From contig DYGA01000001.1 of NCBI GenBank assembly GCA_020724865.1, positions 835 to 64,834 on the forward strand: DNA of 64,000 nucleotides, read 5' to 3'. This document shows positions 9,002 through 18,803 of the stretch, in pieces (the first letter of the stretch is position 1; the number at the start of each line of letters is the position of its first letter). The notes beneath the pieces are model-generated. The model did not search any database. It saw only the letters and a list, made by a program, of their open reading frames with translations, and was not told the DNA's origin. A program made the translations under genes and the position numbers. The DNA is from Candidatus Paceibacter sp. GTDB taxonomy: Bacteria > Patescibacteriota > Patescibacteriia > S139-126.

Positions 9002-11059
9002 ATGTTAACACTAGAAACAAAACTAGCTGACTTACCAAAAGTTGGCAAAAGTACTGTCAATAAACTAAAAAAAATTGGTTTAATTTCTGTCAATGACTTA
9101 ATCTGGCACTTGCCTTATCGTTATGAAGATTTTTCCAATATCAAACCTATTGGTGATTTAAAAATAAATGAAATTGCAACTATTAAAGGAAAAATTGAAC
9201 TTATCACCAGCCGTCGCGCCAGACATCGACGCTTACATCTAACCGAATGTTTAATTTCCGATGATACCGGTTCAATAAAAACTATCTGGTTCAATCAACC
9301 TTATCTAAATAAATATTTAAATCGTGGTGATGAACTATATATCTCAGGAAAAATTGATGACGATTTTCATACTCTACAATTTACCAACCCTTTATGGGAA
9401 AAAACCGAGCAACACCTGCACACTGGAAGAATTATTCCTATTTATTCCTCTACCCAAGGAATCAGTCAGAAACAGCTAAGGCAAATGATAAAAATTATAA
9501 CTCCTCTTTTAAAAAACTATGAAGATTATCTGCCAAACGCAATTATCAATAAATATAATTTACTACCACTAAATCAAGCTTTAGAAAAAATTCATTGGCC
9601 TAAAAATAAAAATGAATTTTTGCTGGCCCGCAAAAGATTGCAATTTGATGAACTTTTTTTTATTTCTTTGAATCAAGCTAAAAATAACTATGAACTAAAA
9701 AAACACATTGCTCCAATAATCCCTTTTAATAAAGAAAAAACTCTAGTTTTGGTAAAATCTTTACCTTTTACTTTGACTGTTGACCAAAAAAAAGCTGCCT
9801 GGGAAATACTGAAAAATATTGAAAAAAATACACCAATGAATCGCTTGCTACAAGGCGACGTTGGTTCTGGTAAAACCGTGGTGGCGGCAATTGCTTGTCT
9901 AAATTGCGCTCTAAATAATTTACAGTCAATCATTCTCGCCCCTACAGAAATCTTAGCTCTGCAGCACTATCAAACTTTTTTAAATACTCTAAAAAAATTC
10001 AATCTTAATATTTGTCTTTATACTCGCTCCCAACAAAAATTAAATAACGAAACGGTCAAAAGGAATGATCTAAAAAAAATGATTGCTACCGGTAAAATAA
10101 ATATTATCATTGGTACGCACGCTCTACTGCAAGAAAAAGTTGATTATGCTAATATTGGCCTAATCATTGTTGACGAACAACATCGTTTTGGAGTAGCTCA
10201 GAGAAAAAAATTGAAAGACAAAACAAAAAATTTAATACCCCATTTCTTATCAATGACTGCTACGCCGATCCCCAGAACCTTAGCTTTAACTATTTATGGT
10301 GACTTGGATATTTCTATTATTCGAGATAAACCACTGGGCAGAAAAAAAATAATTACCAAAATTGTTGCCGAACAAAATCGCCAAAGAGCTTACCAATTTA
10401 TCGCCGACAAAATAAATTCTGGCGGACAAGCATTTGTTATTTGCCCGTTGATTGAAGAATCAGATAAACTGGGCGTCAAAGCTGCCACTCAAGAATTTGA
10501 AAAACTATCTACCAAAATATTTCCTCAATTTAAAATTGGCTTACTCCATGGCAAAATGAAATCAGCAGTCAAAGAAAAAACTATCAATGATTTCAAAAAC
10601 AAAAAATTAGATATCTTGGTGTCAACCTCTGTCATTGAAGTTGGAGTTGATATACCCAATGCCAACCTGATGATTATCGAAGGAGCTGATCGGTTTGGGC
10701 TGGCCCAACTTCATCAATTTCGCGGCCGCATAGGCAGATCAAACATTCAATCTTATTGTTTGCTTTTTACAGACAATCAGTCAAAAAAAGTTCTCCATCG
10801 TCTTCAAGCCATGGTCCTCTATGATGATGGAATAAAGTTGGCTGAATATGACTTAAAAATCAGAGGCAGCGGCGAAATGTATGGTATTCGTCAGTCTGGT
10901 TTTATAAATTTAAAAATCGCTGATTTAACAGATATTGAAACTATAAAAAAAACCAGACAAGCTGCGGCTACTATAATCTCCCAATCGCCAAATTTAGATT
11001 TGTTTCCACTTTTAAAAAAAGAATTTACTAGCAAAAATCAAATAATACATCTGGAATAA
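9002..11059 (+). CDS. recG: ATP-dependent DNA helicase RecG
   Basis: LQGDVGSGKT, DEQHRFGV, MTATPIPRTL, QLHQFRGRIGR. Confidence 0.96.
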   Translation: MLTLETKLADLPKVGKSTVNKLKKIGLISVNDLIWHLPYRYEDFSNIKPIGDLKINEIATIKGKIELITSRRARHRRLHLTECLISDDTGSIKTIWFNQPYLNKYLNRGDELYISGKIDDDFHTLQFTNPLWEKTEQHLHTGRIIPIYSSTQGISQKQLRQMIKIITPLLKNYEDYLPNAIINKYNLLPLNQALEKIHWPKNKNEFLLARKRLQFDELFFISLNQAKNNYELKKHIAPIIPFNKEKTLVLVKSLPFTLTVDQKKAAWEILKNIEKNTPMNRLLQGDVGSGKTVVAAIACLNCALNNLQSIILAPTEILALQHYQTFLNTLKKFNLNICLYTRSQQKLNNETVKRNDLKKMIATGKINIIIGTHALLQEKVDYANIGLIIVDEQHRFGVAQRKKLKDKTKNLIPHFLSMTATPIPRTLALTIYGDLDISIIRDKPLGRKKIITKIVAEQNRQRAYQFIADKINSGGQAFVICPLIEESDKLGVKAATQEFEKLSTKIFPQFKIGLLHGKMKSAVKEKTINDFKNKKLDILVSTSVIEVGVDIPNANLMIIEGADRFGLAQLHQFRGRIGRSNIQSYCLLFTDNQSKKVLHRLQAMVLYDDGIKLAEYDLKIRGSGEMYGIRQSGFINLKIADLTDIETIKKTRQAAATIISQSPNLDLFPLLKKEFTSKNQIIHLE

Positions 11060-11060
11060 C

Positions 11061-11372
11061 TTGACAATATCAATAAATATTATAAAATTATTTATTATTC
11101 TTTAAAAAATTAATAGTCTGACTGCCGAATCAGACTTACACCGGTCACTCTGAATAATTTGAGAGCATACCTCACTCTCTCTTATTTTTCCGTGACCGGA
11201 GATTTTTCAAACAAGCTATACGATTTTCGTATAGAAAAAATAATAAACAAAAATATAAACAAAAAAAGGAGCGAACATGCGCTACAACAACAAATCTCCC
11301 TAAACCACTTTTTTAGTTTTTCGGCTAAAATAAATAAAATAATTTAATTAAAAACTAAAGAAGTGAGGTAAT
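11061..11372 (+). promoter_or_regulatory. Promoter plus ~280 nt structured leader of TraR/DksA-like gene
   Basis: TTGACA at 11061; stems agtctga/tcagact, ccggtcac/gtgaccgg, ctatacg/cgtatag, ggagattt/aaatctcc, tttagttttt/aaaaactaaa. Confidence 0.55.
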
Positions 11373-11843
11373 ATGAAAAAGAGTGCTAATTCGGTTTTAA
11401 CCAAAAAAAAACCATTAGAAAAAAGAGTTTTATCTGCCAATGATATTGCTGAATTAAAAAAAATTATTGAAGATGAGATTAAAGAAATATTAAGCTTTAA
11501 TGAAAACAATTTAAAAGAAATATACAATGGCAATGGTTTGGCAAATGAAAACAATATAAGCGGAAACGCATTTGCCTTTGGGTCAGAAACCGAAAACATA
11601 CACACGTCAGTTATGTTAGCGGAACACGCTAATCGAGCCCTAAGAGGTAATCTAAACGCACTCAAACGTATTAATGAAGGAACCTACGGACTTTGTCCCA
11701 TTTGTGTAGCCAATAACCATGAAACTATTAAAGATAAAAATGATTGGGAGAAAGTAAAAAATAATCCCAATAATTATATCTCCTACCAAAGGTTAATGGC
11801 TTTCCCCACAGCAAAATACTGCATCAAACATGCAAAAAAATAA
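11373..11843 (+). CDS. Divergent TraR/DksA-like zinc-finger protein
   Basis: ALKRINEGTYGLCPIC...ISYQRLMAFPTAKYCIKH. Confidence 0.7.
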   Translation: MKKSANSVLTKKKPLEKRVLSANDIAELKKIIEDEIKEILSFNENNLKEIYNGNGLANENNISGNAFAFGSETENIHTSVMLAEHANRALRGNLNALKRINEGTYGLCPICVANNHETIKDKNDWEKVKNNPNNYISYQRLMAFPTAKYCIKHAKK

Positions 11844-11855
11844 CTCACCAATTCA

Positions 11856-11883
11856 AGGATGCTTACCCAAAGCATCCTTTTTT
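11856..11883 (+). terminator. Intrinsic terminator
   Basis: aaggatgctt-accca-aagcatcctt + T tract. Confidence 0.7.
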
Positions 11884-11945
11884 AAATAAAAAAATAGTGT
11901 TAAAATTATTATATACTTAATTCTTTATACTTAAATACTAAAAAT

Positions 11946-12269
11946 ATGGGCATATTCAAAAATATTTTTGGTGGTGGCCAAATAAAAACTGGTTCGCAAC
12001 TAAACAAATCTTTTGGTCCAGATTCTTTACGCCAAAAACTTTCAGAGGCTAAAATCAAAGGCGGTTCACAAACTGCCAATCTTTCTAGTGCGGACTTAAA
12101 AAAATTTGAAAATATTATTGCCAAACACGCTAGCTATCTACCTCCGGGAGCTAAATTTTCCGATCATACTAAATACAAAATGCGCATGGAAGCTCATAAA
12201 CTTTTTAAACAAAATGAGATCTCTTGGGAAGATCTGAAAGATTTTGAAAAAATAGTTAAAGAGCTTTGA
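11946..12269 (+). CDS. Hypothetical protein
   Basis: 107-aa ORF with coding-like composition; no recognised motif. Confidence 0.55.
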   Translation: MGIFKNIFGGGQIKTGSQLNKSFGPDSLRQKLSEAKIKGGSQTANLSSADLKKFENIIAKHASYLPPGAKFSDHTKYKMRMEAHKLFKQNEISWEDLKDFEKIVKEL

Positions 12270-12460
12270 TTAGGAATTAGGAAATAAGATACAGGATTTA
12301 GGATATGGGACGTAGAAAAAAACTTCTTGTCAAATGACAAGGGGGATTTTTAATTAATAATTTTTAATTACTAATTACTAATGAATGATAAAATTTATAA
12401 TTATATAATTAACAATTCATTAGTAATTCAAAATTAGTTATTAGTAATTAATAGTTTTAT
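12268..12460. repeat. Solo TAGGAT-type heptamer array, bidirectional hairpin, and AATTACT-type inverted array
   Basis: taggaattaggaaataagatacaggatttaggatatggg; cttgtca-aa-tgacaag; aattactaattactaatgaat...attcattagtaatt...attagttattagtaatt. Confidence 0.6.
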
Positions 12461-12504
12461 TATAAAAACAACTAAAAAATTTTATTATTAACAAAATAGT
12501 TTAT

Positions 12505-13860
12505 TTAATTATTAAAACTATCATTCACTGCTGCGAAAACATTTTCCACCTGAATTATATCAACTTTCTGACTGATAATTTTAATACTAGTTTTAGGAAT
12601 AATTATTTTTTTATAACCCATCCGACTGGCTTCTCTAACTCTTTGCTCCAATTGTATAGGTACTTTGACGTGTCCTGATAAGCTAACCTCACCAATAGCT
12701 ATGGTTGGTTCTGGAAATTCAATATTTTTTTTGGCAGAAACAATTGCCAAACACACCCCCAAATCAAGCCCAGTATCTTTGCTACTTATTCCTCCGGCTA
12801 AATTTATAAATACATCATCGCTACTTAAATAAATTTTGGCTCTTTTTTGTAATACCGCCAGTAACATTTCTACACGTTTATAATCAAGTCCGTTGATAGT
12901 TCTTTTAGGGTAACCAAAATTCGTATTGGAAGTAAGGGCTTGAATTTCCACCAAAAAGGCTCGACTGCCTTCCCACATTACCGAATGAATGGTACCAGGG
13001 CTAAACTGCTGACTTTGAATAAAAATTCCAGCCGGATCTTTGACTGGCTCAAGTCCACTTTTAACCATTTTAAATATTCCCACTTCACCAGTGGAGCCAA
13101 ACCGATTTTTCACTGACCGCAAAATACGAAATTGCTGTTGTTTATCACCTTCCAAATAAAGTACCACATCTACCAAATGTTCCATAGTCTTAGGGCCCGC
13201 TACTCGTCCCTGTTTGGTAACATGACCAATTAAAATAATACAAATATTATTTTGTTTGGCAGTTTCCATTAGTTTAGCTGCCACCGCTCTAACTTGCGAC
13301 ACTCCGCCCGCTTCAGTTTCAACTTCTTCATAAATCATAGTTTGTACCGAATCAATTACTGCCAAATCTGGCTTAAGTTTGGTTAAGGTAGCACAAATTG
13401 TTCCAATTTGATTATTGGCAATAAATTTCAGATTAGTAATATCAATTTTCATCCTTTCAACCCTACCTTTGACTTGTTCAGCTGATTCTTCACCCGATAC
13501 ATATAAAATTTTTTTTCCTTGTTTTGATAAATAATTAGTAATTTGTAAAACTAGAGTTGACTTTCCTACTCCTGGATCACCGCCAAGCAATAACAATGAA
13601 CCTGGTACTAATCCACCGCCTAATACTCTGTCTATCTCCAGTTCTCCAACTTTCAATCTTTGCATATTACCAGATGCGATTTTACTAAAATCAACAATAT
13701 CCGCCTCTCCGAGCGGACTAAATGTTGTACTTTCTTTTTTAGTTGTGCGACTACTAATTTCTTCAGCTTGCAATGTTCCCCAACTGCCACACTCTCTGCA
13801 CCTACCTTCCCATTTTTGAAATTGAGATCCACATTTAGAACAAGCAAAAATTTGTTTCAT
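12505..13860 (-). CDS. radA: DNA repair/recombination protein RadA (Sms)
   Basis: CSKC...CREC zinc finger, GDPGVGKST, KNRFG motif, Lon-like C-terminus. Confidence 0.96.
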   Translation of the reverse strand: MKQIFACSKCGSQFQKWEGRCRECGSWGTLQAEEISSRTTKKESTTFSPLGEADIVDFSKIASGNMQRLKVGELEIDRVLGGGLVPGSLLLLGGDPGVGKSTLVLQITNYLSKQGKKILYVSGEESAEQVKGRVERMKIDITNLKFIANNQIGTICATLTKLKPDLAVIDSVQTMIYEEVETEAGGVSQVRAVAAKLMETAKQNNICIILIGHVTKQGRVAGPKTMEHLVDVVLYLEGDKQQQFRILRSVKNRFGSTGEVGIFKMVKSGLEPVKDPAGIFIQSQQFSPGTIHSVMWEGSRAFLVEIQALTSNTNFGYPKRTINGLDYKRVEMLLAVLQKRAKIYLSSDDVFINLAGGISSKDTGLDLGVCLAIVSAKKNIEFPEPTIAIGEVSLSGHVKVPIQLEQRVREASRMGYKKIIIPKTSIKIISQKVDIIQVENVFAAVNDSFNN

Positions 13861-13863
13861 AAT

Positions 13864-15321
13864 TTAGGGATTTTGAGTTAAACAATTATTATATATAGCC
13901 CACGCATCTCGCCCATATTCTTCTGCTGCTGGTCCACTACCATTGTATTTACGAAAACAATCTTGTGTCACATCTGCCGGACAAATTTCTTTCCACAAAT
14001 TTGTCACGGCATCAAGGTTTATATCTAATGTAAATAAACTTTTCGGATCATATAATTTACTGCCAATTTGCCTGCAGTGCGGAGCGCCGTTACAAGCAGG
14101 CCCATCAGGAAAAACTGTTATTTGTCCCAAACCAATACCGTGAGAAAAACGCCAATCTAAACCAAGATCAGCTCTATTCGGATTAACAACATCATCATCA
14201 TTTACAGCCGCACCAGTAATACTACAAACAGCGTTTGATTTTTTACCACTATACATTAAACATCCACTATTTACAAAATCACGACGTGATTTTATTCCCT
14301 CTTTTCGGACATCTTCATCATGACCTAAAGCATCTGCTCTACCTGAAGACTCTTTGGTAAAGAGCGTAGCTAAAACACAATAATGTATATTATTTGCCTG
14401 TGAAACTTGCTTCATAGAATTTTTCATATCTTCACTAAATGGTTTGACTAACCTAGTACCGGTAATTTTTTCATAAGCATCACTGCCAATTAAAGTTATA
14501 CCTTCAACTTCATCAATTTTTAAAGGATTAAAACCTACTAAATTTGGATTAATAAAATAAAGCACAGTATAAGAACTAACTACCAGCAAAAGACCAATTA
14601 TAGAATCACGAATGGTTTCTTTGGCTTTATTTATACCTTCCGCGCTACCAGCCGCTGCCAACCACTGCATCCCTCCAAATGCCATATAAGCCACAACAAC
14701 TACTCCAATTGCGCCAATTAACCAATTAAATAATAAGGCAATATATTTAGATAATAGTTCACCATTTACTTCTATACCTTGACCTTTATTGATAGTAAAA
14801 ACCTTTCCACCAAATTCAACTGAGCCGGGGATAGTGACTTGGGGAGTAAATTCTAATCTTTCAATTTTTTCTGGAGGCCTATATTCAGTACTCAAAAATG
14901 AACTTAAAACCTGACCTATGCCTTGACTACAATTTATTTCCTCACAAGTTTGACCATCAATATATTTTGTAATCGGAACATTGCACTGCTCTTGCGTAAT
15001 ATTACTAGTACAAGTTTCAATTTTTTCGTTATATGTATTTATTTTTATACAACAACTTTTTTTATCAAGCGGACAATTTGTATTTTCTTCACAAAAATTA
15101 CTATATATTGGGTAACCTTCAACTGGTTGATAGTTTGGTTCATGAACACCACAATAAAAATCACAGGCAACTTTATCAATATTTTGATTACCTAAACAAT
15201 TACTATTTGGTAAACACTTGCAACACCCTGCTTGTGCACTCACTGGCAAAAAAAATAACCCAAATAAAAAAATAGAACCAATCAAAAATTTTATCCTATA
15301 ATTTCTCATTGATAATTTCAC
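13864..15321 (-). CDS. CPR T4SS pilin-domain protein fused to C-terminal lytic transglycosylase (SLT)-like domain
   Basis: Cys-rich N-terminus; pilin hairpin GGMQWLAAAGSAEGINKAKETI..SIIGLLL...INPNLV; SLT-like motifs KESSG, GLGQI, KYNG. Confidence 0.75.
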   Translation of the reverse strand: MKLSMRNYRIKFLIGSIFLFGLFFLPVSAQAGCCKCLPNSNCLGNQNIDKVACDFYCGVHEPNYQPVEGYPIYSNFCEENTNCPLDKKSCCIKINTYNEKIETCTSNITQEQCNVPITKYIDGQTCEEINCSQGIGQVLSSFLSTEYRPPEKIERLEFTPQVTIPGSVEFGGKVFTINKGQGIEVNGELLSKYIALLFNWLIGAIGVVVVAYMAFGGMQWLAAAGSAEGINKAKETIRDSIIGLLLVVSSYTVLYFINPNLVGFNPLKIDEVEGITLIGSDAYEKITGTRLVKPFSEDMKNSMKQVSQANNIHYCVLATLFTKESSGRADALGHDEDVRKEGIKSRRDFVNSGCLMYSGKKSNAVCSITGAAVNDDDVVNPNRADLGLDWRFSHGIGLGQITVFPDGPACNGAPHCRQIGSKLYDPKSLFTLDINLDAVTNLWKEICPADVTQDCFRKYNGSGPAAEEYGRDAWAIYNNCLTQNP

Positions 15322-16012
15322 TTAATTCTTCGCTGGTAAATAAACCACGATAAGGCGTATTGTCAATAAAAAAATAAGGAACAGCATCAATCTCTAAATC
15401 AGTAGCCTCAATATTATTCTCATATACTTTATTTTCCATCTGACCTTCATTTAAACATGCGTTGAATTCATTTATTGATAAATTTAAAGCGGCGGCGATT
15501 GATTCTAAAAATTTTAAATCAATATTTGCTTGATTCATAAAAACCTCATGTTGATATTCCCAAAATTTTCCTTGAGCATTGGCACAATAAACTGCTTGTT
15601 GTGCCAGCATACCTTCATTGGTAGAAGCCGTGCCTTTCCAAACTAAACGTAATATTGTCTCTGGATAAATTGCCAACAACTTATAAATTTCATCTTGCTG
15701 TATTTTACACAAAGGACTAAATAAGTCACAATAATAAAAAATTGTTACTTTAGCGTTAGCGCTACCTCTTCTCACATCATCTGGCAATACCTTTGGATAT
15801 AAAATCTTAGCATCACGAATTAAAGGGTCATTATAACTAATTTTTGGTCCTGCTGCATATCTAACGCTGGCCGGGGTTATATTGGTATTGTTTAAATATT
15901 GAACAAAAATAAATAAAAAAATCGATAGAAAAAATAACCCAACAGCAGCAGAAAAAAATAACCAAATTGAAACTTTTGATTTAGATTTATTTTGTTTTGA
16001 TTTTTTAGGCAT
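15296..16012 (-). CDS. DsbA/thioredoxin-fold membrane protein (SxxC variant)
   Basis: RGSANAKVTI..Y.DLFSPLC; CANAQGKFWEY; IDAVPYFFID. Confidence 0.8.
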   Translation of the reverse strand: MPKKSKQNKSKSKVSIWLFFSAAVGLFFLSIFLFIFVQYLNNTNITPASVRYAAGPKISYNDPLIRDAKILYPKVLPDDVRRGSANAKVTIFYYCDLFSPLCKIQQDEIYKLLAIYPETILRLVWKGTASTNEGMLAQQAVYCANAQGKFWEYQHEVFMNQANIDLKFLESIAAALNLSINEFNACLNEGQMENKVYENNIEATDLEIDAVPYFFIDNTPYRGLFTSEELSEIINEKL

Positions 16013-16085
16013 AAATATTAAATTTTAAATTATTAATTATAAATTATAAATGAATTTTAAATGATAAATTTATAATTTATAATTT
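16013..16085. repeat. Inverted heptamer-array stem (AATTATA family)
   Basis: aaattattaattataaattataaat ... atttataatttataattt filling the intergenic gap. Confidence 0.55.
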
Positions 16086-17354
16086 TCAAAGATTAATACT
16101 ATAAAGCCCACCTGTTGCTTTATCAACAAAGTATAAAACACTTTGATCTTGAGAAACCATTACTTCGCTGGCAGTATACTTAGTTAGATCGCCAACTGGC
16201 TTGGCAAGCAGTGTTTTGGAACCAGTAGTCAAATCTATACGGTAAAATAAATCTGGTATATCATCTGCTACTTCAGGCACATAAGCTGCTCCCTCCGGCA
16301 AATATTCAGGAACAGCACAATATGCATTGGTTCCGGCAATAGCACATTTATCCAACCAAGTTTGAATACCAAGAGAATTGTTATTCATACCAATATTATC
16401 CCCATCGGCTCTAGTAACCCATAACATTGGTCTGGAACCTGACGCTTCAGAGTATATTTGATAAATTACATTCTTTCCATCATCTAACCATTCACCCTTA
16501 AAACCCCTGCCTTGAACGGTTAAAGATTTAAAATTTTCTCCATTTTGACCAATTAAATAAATTTCTGATTGATTTAAACCTCTGCCTTCTCTATAAAAAG
16601 CAATAACTTGATTATTCGGCGACCAAGCCACCTGGACATCTTCTCCAGCATTATTCATAGGCTCAACAAACTTAATTTCACTACCGTCCGGAGTTGCTAC
16701 ACCTAACCAATCATCATTGGCTAAATCTGACTGCCATTTAAAACCAATATTTGTTCCGGTGCGAGAAAAATCAAACTCTGTCATCTGCCTAGGTAGGGTC
16801 ACCTGCTTATCTTGAGTAAAATCATAATAAATATTGGTACTATCCGGATATTCCAAAATTGCCTTTTCACCATCAGGTGACCAGGTGACTGTATCAACAT
16901 TGAAAAATCTTTTATCAGATAAAGGTTGTACCTCACCACTGGCAGTCAAACGATAAAATTTATTGTCAGCTGAGTCGTAATAATTGAAACTTTTACCGTC
17001 ACCAATTGGTTTAACTCCAGTAATATTTTTAGCAATCACTGTTTTAGCAGTCGTAAGCCCACCAATTGCTCGATCACTAACCGTAGGTTGACCGCCTATT
17101 TGACCTGGAGTAGTTGGTATTTGTCCCCCAGATTGGCCGATATTGCCAGAAATTGGCAGTCCGGTAATTGGATCTATCACCACTCCTGTGGGTGGACCTT
17201 CACCAATATCAGGTAACTGACCAGTTTGACCAGGAGTGGTATCTGGTGGAGTAATAGGTACTTCTGTTCGCCAAAATAAAAACCACAGCAGATATCCCAG
17301 TCCTACAACAATTACTGTAAAAATAATAATTTGTATAATTTTTTTTCTGTCCAT
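16086..17354 (-). CDS. Membrane-anchored beta-propeller (TolB/WD40-like) protein
   Basis: TM, Pro/Gly linker, WSPDGEK, WSPNNQ, WLDDGK blades. Confidence 0.7.
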   Translation of the reverse strand: MDRKKIIQIIIFTVIVVGLGYLLWFLFWRTEVPITPPDTTPGQTGQLPDIGEGPPTGVVIDPITGLPISGNIGQSGGQIPTTPGQIGGQPTVSDRAIGGLTTAKTVIAKNITGVKPIGDGKSFNYYDSADNKFYRLTASGEVQPLSDKRFFNVDTVTWSPDGEKAILEYPDSTNIYYDFTQDKQVTLPRQMTEFDFSRTGTNIGFKWQSDLANDDWLGVATPDGSEIKFVEPMNNAGEDVQVAWSPNNQVIAFYREGRGLNQSEIYLIGQNGENFKSLTVQGRGFKGEWLDDGKNVIYQIYSEASGSRPMLWVTRADGDNIGMNNNSLGIQTWLDKCAIAGTNAYCAVPEYLPEGAAYVPEVADDIPDLFYRIDLTTGSKTLLAKPVGDLTKYTASEVMVSQDQSVLYFVDKATGGLYSINL

Positions 17355-17359
17355 AATTA

Positions 17360-18802
17360 TTAAAATTCAGGCGTATAATAATTTAACATAAGTACCCAAC
17401 ATCTTTCACCAGTATCACAACTACCTCCAACTGGGGGATATTCAGCACAAGGTTTCTCTATCCAATAAAAGGGTGGAAAATCGTGATTAGGTAATGGGTT
17501 AGGTCTTATATAACCATTTAAAGAAATTGTTGTGGGCCTCTCAACAGAGCATTGTGATTGTTTACTTAATACACATATAGAATCAGTGCCTTTACCAGCT
17601 CTTGGTGAATCAGAACAAGTAACTTCTATTTGATTTGATGTTAGTGGATTTGGTACGCCGGTCGCCCAATATTTTAAAACTCTTGGACTTCCATTTTCCA
17701 AACAAATTTCCTGATTATTGTATTTTCCTTCGCTACAAGGTATACGATTAAAAGTATAATTATTCAATGATAATAAATTGGCGTCTTCTATATCAGTTAA
17801 TACACATTCATCTGGTTGCATAAAATCTAAAGATACAATAGGTATAAAAGCTACCCCAGCTTTTAATATATCATTACGAAAACTGCAAACTTTATTATCT
17901 ATTTCTGAAACATTAGATGCTTTTTGAATAGTCTGTAAATATTGATCAAATAACTCACAACTTGATGTATCTTGAGATTTACAACGTTCATTAAATCTAC
18001 TCAAATCAACACACTCAAAACCAGCATTAGATGAACCTGATGTGTTTAATTTAGCTAAACAATATGTCCCATCACCACATTTTAAACCCTGACAAGTATT
18101 ATTGGGATTAATTTCCGAATAATAAGTAAAATTACACCAAGTATCTTCTTTGTTTACTTTGGTTTTACTTTCATCGCCAACTTTTATCCATTTTTGCGAA
18201 CTTTCTGTATCCACACAATAGTTAAGCAAAAAATTGGGTTTAATTCTTTCTACTCTGATATAATCAATATTTACTAAACGTGAATTTATAGTGCCAAGTA
18301 ATACATAAGAACCAACTGCCAGTAGCAAACCTATAAAAGCACCTTGAATAGTATCTTTGGCTTTACCAATTTTTTCAGCGTTTCCCGCAGCCATCATCCA
18401 TTCAAACCCGCCCCATCCTATATAAGCCACAGTAATAATACCAATAACATAAATAAAATAGGTATAAATAACTTTTAAATAATCAGGAAATTGTGAAACT
18501 TTGGTTAAAGTTCCGCCACTTTGAATATCAGGAATCGGGACCGAAAGGTTTATCTCATCTGGCTTTAAATAACATTTGCCATACTGAATATTTTCACTAC
18601 CTTTACATTCTCTTTGAAAATCAGCATCGCCAACCACAAAAAAATAATTTTCCGTTTCACTGCCCGCTTGTCCCAAACATTGTTCCTGTGTCCAGCATTG
18701 GGCTGGTATGTTTTGAGCTAAAACAACTTCAACTAAACCAAAACTAAATAAGGTTAAAAATGTTATAACAAATATTATTTTATATATATTCCACTTATTC
18801 AT
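17360..18802 (-). CDS. CPR T4SS pilin-domain protein with Cys-rich extracellular tail
   Basis: GGFEWMMAAGNAEKIGKAKDTIQGAFIGLLL...INSRLV pilin hairpin; many Cys. Confidence 0.75.
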   Translation of the reverse strand: MNKWNIYKIIFVITFLTLFSFGLVEVVLAQNIPAQCWTQEQCLGQAGSETENYFFVVGDADFQRECKGSENIQYGKCYLKPDEINLSVPIPDIQSGGTLTKVSQFPDYLKVIYTYFIYVIGIITVAYIGWGGFEWMMAAGNAEKIGKAKDTIQGAFIGLLLAVGSYVLLGTINSRLVNIDYIRVERIKPNFLLNYCVDTESSQKWIKVGDESKTKVNKEDTWCNFTYYSEINPNNTCQGLKCGDGTYCLAKLNTSGSSNAGFECVDLSRFNERCKSQDTSSCELFDQYLQTIQKASNVSEIDNKVCSFRNDILKAGVAFIPIVSLDFMQPDECVLTDIEDANLLSLNNYTFNRIPCSEGKYNNQEICLENGSPRVLKYWATGVPNPLTSNQIEVTCSDSPRAGKGTDSICVLSKQSQCSVERPTTISLNGYIRPNPLPNHDFPPFYWIEKPCAEYPPVGGSCDTGERCWVLMLNYYTPEF

Positions 18803-18803
18803 T

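Noticed and set aside
11159-11347. 62-aa ORF in the leader of the TraR/DksA-like gene
   Set aside because: TTG start, low-complexity product, and it overlaps dense RNA stems; more plausibly non-coding.
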